Shown here piece after piece: positions 9,006-16,408 of a stretch of 36,370 nt of DNA. The first letter of the stretch is position 1; each line of letters starts with the position of its first letter. The notes beneath the pieces are model-generated. The model saw nothing but the letters and a program-made list of their open reading frames with translations. It had not been told where the DNA came from and searched no databases. Position numbers and translations under genes: made by a program. Origin of the DNA: an uncultured Fidelibacterota bacterium (GTDB lineage: Bacteria > Fidelibacterota > Marinisomatia > Marinisomatales > UBA1611); the NCBI GenBank assembly GCA_913040915.1, contig CAJWHW010000022.1, positions 1 through 36,370 of the forward strand. The letters run 5' to 3'.

Positions 9006-10400
9006 ATGAAATCAAAAGGAATTATACCCATTGCACTAACAGGCCTACTTTGGGCTATAGGTACCCCAGATGGTTTGGATGAAAATGCATATCATCTTTT
9101 TATCGTATTTCTCGCTGTGATTGTTTCCCTTATGATTCGAGTTGTACCCTTGGCTATCAGCGTTTTAACCGGATTAGCCTTTGCGGTTTTAGTACGAATT
9201 TTCCCTTTAAAAAGTGCCTTGTCAGGTTACGGTGACAGTACCACCTGGCTGGTGGTTATTGCTTTCCTCATTTCCGGAGCCGTCATTGATACAGGGTTGG
9301 GAAGGCGAATTTCTTTAATTTGTATAACTGCTCTTGGAAAATCAATTACCGGTTTAGGCTATGCGATTTGTTTAGCTGAATTAATTTTAGGACCGGTTGT
9401 CCCTTCCAATACAGCGAGAGGCGGAGGAATCCTGGCGCCTATCGTAGATTCCATATCCAGAGCTCTTGGATCATTACCCAACGAGAAGCCCGAAAAAGCT
9501 GGGCAATATTTACATCTGGTTGGGGCTCACTCAAATCTAATCACTGCCGCGATGTTCCTTACAGGCATGGCAGCCAACCCTTTGGTTGCAAAAGCTGCCA
9601 TGGGTATCTATGAAATCCAGTTTGACTGGTTCTCCTGGGCAAAAGGTAGTATAATTCCAGGATTAGTTGGGCTCATGGGATTACCAATTTTTATTCGATT
9701 CCTTTCTCCTCCTTCCACAGTATCTATCGAATCAGTTCGAGAAAAAATAGAGCAGGAAATTCTTTCTTTAGGCCCTTGGTCTTTTCGAGAAATTGCAACT
9801 GCATCTATATTAGGGATGATGCTTCTCCTTTGGTCTACAAAACCAATTCATGGTTGGGGAACAACAACTGTAGCGCTTTTAGGATTGGTTGGTCTCCTTC
9901 TTTCCAAAACCATGACTTGGGACCAGTTGGTTAGAAATCATAAAGCCTGGGATACACTGATCTGGTTAGGGGGATTATTAGCTTTAGCTAATGGGCTGAA
10001 AGATGTGGGTTTCATTGGTTGGTTTGGAGACATGATTAAAGAAAGTCTAATTGACTATTCTCCAATAATCCTGCTTCTATGTTTAGCATTAATCTACTTT
10101 TATTCAATGTATTTGTTCTCCATGCTTACCGCGCATATAGCTGCATTGGCTGGGACTATTTTCCTTCTTACTTCCGGTCTGGATTTAAATCCATTTCTTG
10201 TGATAGGTGTAATCGCCTATTTTTCTAATCTCTGCGGCTGCCTAACTAATTACTCTACAGGTCCAGTGATTATCTATTTTGGAAACGGCTATGTACGATC
10301 TCTATCATGGTTTAAAATTGGATTTTTAGTATCATTTTACCATTTAGCCATCTGGCTTGGTATAGGTTCTGTTTGGTGGAAAATGATTGGTTGGTGGTAG
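9006..10400 (+). CDS. DASS family divalent anion (di/tricarboxylate) transporter, CitT/TtdT-like
   Basis: TGLGRRI, PSNTARGGGI, MFLTGMAANPL, WDTLIWLG and WWKMIG motifs; many TM helices; ATG at 9006 preferred to TTG at 8979. Confidence 0.93.
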   Translation: MKSKGIIPIALTGLLWAIGTPDGLDENAYHLFIVFLAVIVSLMIRVVPLAISVLTGLAFAVLVRIFPLKSALSGYGDSTTWLVVIAFLISGAVIDTGLGRRISLICITALGKSITGLGYAICLAELILGPVVPSNTARGGGILAPIVDSISRALGSLPNEKPEKAGQYLHLVGAHSNLITAAMFLTGMAANPLVAKAAMGIYEIQFDWFSWAKGSIIPGLVGLMGLPIFIRFLSPPSTVSIESVREKIEQEILSLGPWSFREIATASILGMMLLLWSTKPIHGWGTTTVALLGLVGLLLSKTMTWDQLVRNHKAWDTLIWLGGLLALANGLKDVGFIGWFGDMIKESLIDYSPIILLLCLALIYFYSMYLFSMLTAHIAALAGTIFLLTSGLDLNPFLVIGVIAYFSNLCGCLTNYSTGPVIIYFGNGYVRSLSWFKIGFLVSFYHLAIWLGIGSVWWKMIGWW

Positions 10401-10410
10401 TTAAAAAATA

Positions 10411-10456
10411 AAAACCCTCCGAAACTAAACTCACATTAGTAAATCGGAGGGTTTTT
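10411..10456. terminator. Bidirectional intrinsic terminator between convergent genes
   Basis: AAAACCCTCCGA...TCGGAGGGTTTT with inner ACTAA/TTAGT pairing; A and T tracts on both sides. Confidence 0.85.
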
Positions 10457-10479
10457 AGATTGCTTCTTTTCAGATAAAC

Positions 10480-13080
10480 TTACTTCAAGAGAACCATTTT
10501 CTGAGTCTTCCGGCTGGAGCCAGAAACAAGTTCAGAAAAATAAATTCCACTGGCAAAGCCTTTAGCATCCCATTGGACTTCATAAGTTCCAGTTTGAAGT
10601 TGTCCATCAATGAGCGTTGCTATACTCCGTCCTGTAATATCATAAATCCGTAGAATCGTATTATTCGCAGTATTTTGTCCAACATCAAACCTGATGGTAG
10701 TAACAGGGTTAAATGGATTAGGATAATTAGCATAAAGATTGAATTCCTTAGGCAAGGTACCATTTTCTGAATCTATTGCCGTATATGAACCAGGTGTAAG
10801 TGTTCTTCCAAAACTTATGCGTAATGATTCAATATCTTCTAATTCATTTAAACCAGCTATTTCATCACTAGCATCTTCTATACATTCTTCAATCGAACCT
10901 TCATCTTCACAAGGATCAAAGGAAGCTTCCATTGCAAGTGTATCTGTTCCATCATTCATGAAATAATAGGCCAATTCAGTCGTATCCGCTTCTTCTTCAT
11001 AGTAATAATCATCATATTCGTGATATAGAAAAAGAGAATCTGATGTAGCATACCACGTAAAGTAGGATGTGTCTGCGTAGGTGCTGTAATAATAATAATC
11101 ATCTTCTTCAACATAAATTTCCATCCCTGTTGAATCATCATAAAATGACATAAAAGCATCCGGAGCATCATCTTCGCCAAACATGTCTTCTAAAAATGGG
11201 TAAGCTGTTTCTTCATTAGCGAGAAAATCAATCCATCCAGGACCAATTGTTCCAGATAATGAGAGAACTACAGCAGATCCATTTTCTTCATATAAATTTA
11301 AGTTGTTAAATGTAAGAGTGTATTGAGTAGTATCTACATTCGTGAGAGTCCCAATTTCAGCTGAATCTGCTACTATTTCCAACATTTCGCCATCAGCAAA
11401 GTATAGCCCTTGAACTTCATCTATAACGATATCACCACTTTCAGTTTGATTTGTAAATACAGCGACTATTACAGGATTTTCTAAACCTAGACTATCGGGA
11501 TCAAGACCAAACATGAGCATAAAAAATTCCATAAAAGAAATGTTCATAATAAAAAGTTCATCTCTTTCATCTTCTTCATCTTCATCATCGTTATAAAGTA
11601 TATAAATAAAGTTCTCAAGTTCATCAAGATCCAGAACACCATCATCATTTTCATCGGACTCATTGAAAGCATACTCTAAGTAATCTTCTTCTTCTTCTGA
11701 CAAGGGTGGATCACCAGATTCAGAGTTGATGTCATTAATACCATTAATAATTTCTTCAAGAGTAAGTACACTGTCACCATTAGCATCGCACCAATCTAAG
11801 AAATCTTCTGGAGTTGGTACTTCGTCATCGTCATCTCCGCCACCATTCCATTCATTTTCCATTTCCATTACAAAACTGGCATAAGTTTGATCTAAATCAC
11901 TGTTATCAAGAAAACATCCAATACTTCCGCCTTCTATTAACACGTATTCAGAAACAAATGAATAAACAGCCATTTTAAATGGATCTTCAGGCCAATTTAT
12001 TTCGCACATCGCTGGGTCATTCCCTCCAAGTCCGCCGGAGACATATTCACCATCTACCACAAGATCAAATTCGGATTCAAGGTCAAAAGCATCTTCACCC
12101 CAATCACTTGAGTTATCATTAACATAATCCTGGGCAAAAGTTAAAGCATCATAATTTCGAGATGTGTCTTCTCTCGGATCATCATCATCTCCATCTCCCC
12201 AATAAAAGTTGTAAGCCTCCATCCAAAAATTTTCATATGATAATTCATAAACAGAACCATCATAAGCAACAGTCATGGCAATATCATCCCCTTCACAGGA
12301 GATAGCATAGATTTCGCCACTATCGTAAACTTCATCATCATTTTCATCAATGAACTGAAAATAATATTCTGAGAATTCATAATTATTTGCCCAATTTTCA
12401 AATTCTGCCGAACTAGCGATATCAAAAGATGTAACTGCATCCATCCCATCAAAATTTCCCATACAGCCATCGCAATCAGCACCTACAGTTTCTAATATGC
12501 TACCATAATTTCCATAAAGGTCGGCAACTGATTCATATTCAAATTCAACTCCATTGGCACCAACACCTTCTTCACAGATTTCATCGATAGGGTAATCTTC
12601 ATGACAGCAATCACAATATTCATCTGAGACATCAATACCATCATCCATATAATCATTATACTCACCCATACAATTCATATCACAATCCGAATCTCCACCA
12701 CCATCTTCATCCATATATGATGTATCTAGGAGATAAGTTAGTTCTGTTTGAAAATCATCGTCAGTTGCAGTAACGCCACCTTCAGCTTCAAGAATTGCCA
12801 TCATAGTATACGGGTTTACAATAGTCTGATCACTTGCAACAGTCACGAATAATTCCATCCATTCTTCTTCCAATTTCCATTCGCCAACCAAATCTTCCAT
12901 ATCTCTGGAAGCTATACGATGGGATGGTTCGGAAAACTTTTTCAGTTTATATAAATCATCCAAAGAATACACTTGATAATTCTTTTGGAGAGTATTTTTT
13001 AAATTTTTGAGATTAGCTGGCAAATTATCAATGCCATAACAAATTGAAAGGGTAAGAAGTCCAATAACAGTTTTCTTCAT
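10480..13080 (-). CDS. Large acidic secreted protein with EF-hand pair and T9SS-type-A-like C-terminal sorting domain
   Basis: Signal peptide; D/E-rich; EF loops DANGDSVLTLEE and DENDDGVLDLDE; C-terminal NYPNPFNP...KMVLLK; AAGGAG RBS. Confidence 0.85.
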   Translation of the reverse strand: MKKTVIGLLTLSICYGIDNLPANLKNLKNTLQKNYQVYSLDDLYKLKKFSEPSHRIASRDMEDLVGEWKLEEEWMELFVTVASDQTIVNPYTMMAILEAEGGVTATDDDFQTELTYLLDTSYMDEDGGGDSDCDMNCMGEYNDYMDDGIDVSDEYCDCCHEDYPIDEICEEGVGANGVEFEYESVADLYGNYGSILETVGADCDGCMGNFDGMDAVTSFDIASSAEFENWANNYEFSEYYFQFIDENDDEVYDSGEIYAISCEGDDIAMTVAYDGSVYELSYENFWMEAYNFYWGDGDDDDPREDTSRNYDALTFAQDYVNDNSSDWGEDAFDLESEFDLVVDGEYVSGGLGGNDPAMCEINWPEDPFKMAVYSFVSEYVLIEGGSIGCFLDNSDLDQTYASFVMEMENEWNGGGDDDDEVPTPEDFLDWCDANGDSVLTLEEIINGINDINSESGDPPLSEEEEDYLEYAFNESDENDDGVLDLDELENFIYILYNDDEDEEDERDELFIMNISFMEFFMLMFGLDPDSLGLENPVIVAVFTNQTESGDIVIDEVQGLYFADGEMLEIVADSAEIGTLTNVDTTQYTLTFNNLNLYEENGSAVVLSLSGTIGPGWIDFLANEETAYPFLEDMFGEDDAPDAFMSFYDDSTGMEIYVEEDDYYYYSTYADTSYFTWYATSDSLFLYHEYDDYYYEEEADTTELAYYFMNDGTDTLAMEASFDPCEDEGSIEECIEDASDEIAGLNELEDIESLRISFGRTLTPGSYTAIDSENGTLPKEFNLYANYPNPFNPVTTIRFDVGQNTANNTILRIYDITGRSIATLIDGQLQTGTYEVQWDAKGFASGIYFSELVSGSSRKTQKMVLLK

Positions 13081-13173
13081 ATTCTATCTCCTTGTATTTT
13101 GGAACGTGAAGTTAAAAATAAAAAGCCGCTTAGTTAGGAATTAAATAATAATTATAAAAAGAAGTGACTTAAA

Positions 13174-13896
13174 TCACTTTTTTAAATAATTGTTTTCTAT
13201 CAAAATTTTGGAAAAACCAAATGTTTGGAAAAAAATAGATGAACAAAATACCACTACGATTAATTTTTGAGTAATAACTTGGAAAACTAAGGCCACTTGG
13301 CTTGATCTCGGCGGTGGCCCAAATTCTAATACTGCAACATAGAGCCCTATCATAATAAAAAAAGCACCGTATCCCAAAGCGTATTTTTTTTCTATTACAT
13401 CAGTTCTGTAAATCACTATAGTATAGCATAATGCAGTAACTAAAAAACAATAAAATATATTATTAGAAAAAAAAATGTGTGGATCTAATACCAGATCGGC
13501 CGGAGTAAGGCCTGTTCCAATGAGACCGATACTACCTCCCATGGAAAAAATTGTCCCAACCACCGCCAATCTGTAGTTAAGAGCATTACTTTTGAAAAAC
13601 TGAGGAAGTGCAAAATAATAGACTGTAAATGTCAATCCGCAAAGTGTTAGTGAAATGATGAAAATTCCCATCGATAAAAAATTTGGTTCACCATTATAGG
13701 CTGTATAGGTACCTAGATCTGAAAAGAAATTTTCTGTAAAAGAATACCCGATAGTATTAGTATTATGAATGGTACCACCCGGATAAAACACCATCCCCAA
13801 AATTTGAAGAATAATAAATGCAGCAACTACTATTCTTGGAGTTATTACCAATAATCCTCGGTTGGCTAAACATTTTATTTTTGGATGTTTAAACAT
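13174..13896 (-). CDS. Multi-pass membrane protein (DUF998-like)
   Basis: About 6 TM segments; YPGG, YSFTENFFSDLG and a conserved His motif. Confidence 0.75.
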   Translation of the reverse strand: MFKHPKIKCLANRGLLVITPRIVVAAFIILQILGMVFYPGGTIHNTNTIGYSFTENFFSDLGTYTAYNGEPNFLSMGIFIISLTLCGLTFTVYYFALPQFFKSNALNYRLAVVGTIFSMGGSIGLIGTGLTPADLVLDPHIFFSNNIFYCFLVTALCYTIVIYRTDVIEKKYALGYGAFFIMIGLYVAVLEFGPPPRSSQVALVFQVITQKLIVVVFCSSIFFQTFGFSKILIENNYLKK

Positions 13897-13981
13897 AGAT
13901 GAAATTTGAAATTAAATAAAAAAATATTACAGAAATTTACAAGGGTTATCCCAATCATGAATACTTTATAGATATTGGTAA

Positions 13982-13997
13982 TGTGATGGTGATCACG
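13982..13997. promoter_or_regulatory. CRP/FNR-family binding site (copy 1)
   Basis: TGTGA-TGGTGA-TCACG, 9/10 match to TGTGA-N6-TCACA; conserved in copy 2. Confidence 0.6.
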
Positions 13998-14047
13998 TGA
14001 AAAAAAATGGGATAAGAAGAAATACAATTTATAACGTATATTAATCA

Positions 14048-14132
14048 AGATGTACCTGGTTGGGTACGTTTGGTATGTAGAGAAAGGGGCATAATTCATT
14101 AGAGGCTTAATGCAAATAATGAGTTGTGCCCC
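14048..14132 (+). ncRNA. Candidate structured small RNA, copy 1
   Basis: Hairpin 14048-57/14062-71, linker GGTATGTAGAGAAA, 16-bp hairpin 14086-14101/14117-14132; all non-WC pairs are G-U on +; homologous to 16256-16340. Confidence 0.55.
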
Positions 14133-14179
14133 GATTACATTTTAGTAATTGACCGGATTCTATACAGTAATTATATAAA

Positions 14180-16045
14180 TTATAAATTTTCCGAAATCAC
14201 TTTATTTAGCCGTTTTACAAATCCTGATGGATCATTGAGTTTAACTCCTTCTTGAATAAGGGCCTGCTCGTAAAGAAGGAAAGCAATATCATCAAAAGCT
14301 TTTTTCCTGGTTATTGATTTCAATTTTTGTACTATCTCATGTTTGGGGTTGATCTCTAGTATGGGTTTTATTTCAGGGAAATCTGTCTGTCCCATTGACC
14401 GTAATATTTCCTGCATTTGTGCTGTTGGATCATTTTCATCTGCTACAATACAAGAAGGAGAATCACTTAATCTGTTGGACACCTTAACTTCTTTTACTCT
14501 TTCACCCAGAACTTTTTTCATTTTTTTCAAAACAGGTTTTGTAGATTTTTCAGAATCTTTATCTGATTCTTCTGAAAAATCGTCAGCTGCTCCGGAGCGA
14601 TTAACTGATTTCAATTCCTTATCATCATATTTTGGTACCGATGTAATGATTATCTCATCAATCTCATCGTCCAAAATGAGGACTTCCAAATTTTTCTTGG
14701 CATACATTTCCAATAATGGTGAACTACGTAATGAAGATTCATTTTGTCCTGTGATATAATAGATCGATTTCTGCTCGCTATCCATTCGATCTACATATTC
14801 TTTAAGAGAAACGAGACCTTCTTCTTTTGTTGACTTAAATCGCAGTAATTCTATCAAAGCATCCTTATGCTCAAAATCTTGATATACACCTTCTTTGATT
14901 AATCGTCCAAACTGGTCATAAAATTGTTCATATTTGTCTTTCTTTTTAGCAATAACATTCAATTTGTCTAAAATCTTTTTTACAGAATTAGATCGGATTT
15001 TTGCCATTATACGATTTTGCTGCAGAATTTCTCGGCTCACATTAAGAGGTAAATCCGATGAATCAATGATACCCTTGACAAATCGTAACCAAAGAGGAAG
15101 TAATTCCTTATCATCGTCGGTAATAAAAACGCGGTTTACATATAGTTTTACACCTGTCTGGTAATCTGTCCTATACAAATCTGGAGAAGCGGTTTTTGGA
15201 ATATAGAATAAAATGTTGAATTCTAAATTTCCTTCTGCCTTATAATGAATCCAATCCAGTGGTTCATCCTGATCATTAGAAAAGGATTTATAAAATTCGA
15301 TATATTCTTTCTTTTTTAATTCAGATTTTGAACGTGTCCAAAATGCTTTGGCATCATTGATTTGTTCGGTTTTGGACGTACGAGATTTTTCTTCACCATC
15401 CTTATCATAATCAATCTCATCGTAAGTGAGTAAGATTGGAAAATCAATGTGATCAGAGTATTTTTTAATTAAACTATCTAATCGCCAGCGACTTGCAAAT
15501 TCTTTCCCCTCTTCATTTAAATGGAGCTTTATCGTTGTTCCGTGGCTTTTCCGAACTTCTTTTTTAATCTGAAATCCTGATTGACCATCACTAGTCCAAA
15601 GATACGCTTCTTCTTCCCCAGCTTTTTTAGTAGAAACATCCACTTTATCCGCTACCATAAAACAGGAATAAAAGCCTACACCAAATTGTCCTATTAATTG
15701 TGAATCTTTTTTATCATCGCCGGAAAGATTATTTAGGAAGTTTTTTGTGCCGGAACGGGCTATAGTTCCAATATTTTCAATCAAATCTTGTTTATTCATT
15801 CCTATGCCTGTATCCGAAATGGTTAATATTGGATTATCACCTTCAATAAATTCAATTTTAATTCCCGGATCAAAGGGAATTACCTTATAGGTTTCATCTG
15901 TGAGATTCAGGTAACGTAATTTGTCTAAGGCGTCAGAAGCATTTGAAATCAATTCTCTTAAGAAAATTTCTTTATTAGCATATAGTGAATGGGTAATGAG
16001 GTGGAGAAGTTGTCCAACCTCTGTCTTGAAAGTTTGTTGAGGCAT
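14180..16045 (-). CDS. htpG: Molecular chaperone HtpG (Hsp90)
   Basis: SLYANKEIFLRELISNASDALDK, DTGIGM, IGQFGVGFYS and DLPLNVSREILQ motifs. Confidence 0.98.
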   Translation of the reverse strand: MPQQTFKTEVGQLLHLITHSLYANKEIFLRELISNASDALDKLRYLNLTDETYKVIPFDPGIKIEFIEGDNPILTISDTGIGMNKQDLIENIGTIARSGTKNFLNNLSGDDKKDSQLIGQFGVGFYSCFMVADKVDVSTKKAGEEEAYLWTSDGQSGFQIKKEVRKSHGTTIKLHLNEEGKEFASRWRLDSLIKKYSDHIDFPILLTYDEIDYDKDGEEKSRTSKTEQINDAKAFWTRSKSELKKKEYIEFYKSFSNDQDEPLDWIHYKAEGNLEFNILFYIPKTASPDLYRTDYQTGVKLYVNRVFITDDDKELLPLWLRFVKGIIDSSDLPLNVSREILQQNRIMAKIRSNSVKKILDKLNVIAKKKDKYEQFYDQFGRLIKEGVYQDFEHKDALIELLRFKSTKEEGLVSLKEYVDRMDSEQKSIYYITGQNESSLRSSPLLEMYAKKNLEVLILDDEIDEIIITSVPKYDDKELKSVNRSGAADDFSEESDKDSEKSTKPVLKKMKKVLGERVKEVKVSNRLSDSPSCIVADENDPTAQMQEILRSMGQTDFPEIKPILEINPKHEIVQKLKSITRKKAFDDIAFLLYEQALIQEGVKLNDPSGFVKRLNKVISENL

Positions 16046-16188
16046 TGATTTTCCTAAGTGTTTACAATTTTAATAAAAAGGGAATACGAACGGCGGGGAA
16101 GTTAAAAATTGTTTATAGAAAAAAACCACCTTGATCATGGAAAAATATATTTTTTTTTATTCCATAAAATTATTGTTGAAAAGAAAAA

Positions 16189-16204
16189 TGTGATGGAGAT
16201 CACT
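16189..16204. promoter_or_regulatory. CRP/FNR-family binding site (copy 2)
   Basis: TGTGA-TGGAGA-TCACT, 9/10 match to TGTGA-N6-TCACA. Confidence 0.6.
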
Positions 16205-16255
16205 GATCTTAAAATGGCCATAGGGAAAGATTAATTTTGATGCGTATATAACTTA

Positions 16256-16340
16256 AGACGCACCTGTTTGGGTGTTGTTTGGTATGTAAAGAAAGGGGCA
16301 TAATTCATTATTTATAACTTACCTCCGTGAGTTATGCCCC
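16256..16340 (+). ncRNA. Candidate structured small RNA, copy 2 (may extend to ~16408)
   Basis: Hairpin 16256-65/16270-80, linker GGTATGTAAAGAAA, hairpin 16295-16308/16327-16340; compensatory changes relative to copy 1; additional G-U-rich hairpin 16363-16408. Confidence 0.55.
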
Positions 16341-16408
16341 GCCCTTTGCTAGGCTAGGATGGAACAAGCCTTTTGTTTTCCCTTATACAGAGAAGACGGA
16401 AGGCTGTT

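Noticed and set aside
13981..14040. GTGATGG(T/A)GATCAC resembles the 5' end of a fluoride riboswitch
   Set aside because: The downstream UAAAC...GCUGAUGAC segment and pseudoknot partner are missing in both copies, and there is no + strand gene downstream; a CRP-type box fits better
13875..14099. 74-aa ORF MNYAPF... and its counterpart in copy 2, plus ORF 16327..16524
   Set aside because: The frames diverge between copies after about 11 codons (1-nt indel); similarity is explained by the hairpin
14086..14132. Hairpin 2 as merely the htpG terminator (followed by TTTCT on the minus strand)
   Set aside because: It may contribute to termination, but it has A-C mismatches on the minus strand and does not explain the conserved hairpin 1, linker and CRP-like box
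14048..16408. Hairpins as integron attC sites (G-T bias on the strand opposite the genes)
   Set aside because: No RYYYAAC/GTTRRRY boxes with the correct spacer and L-box geometry, no integrase, and only two copies
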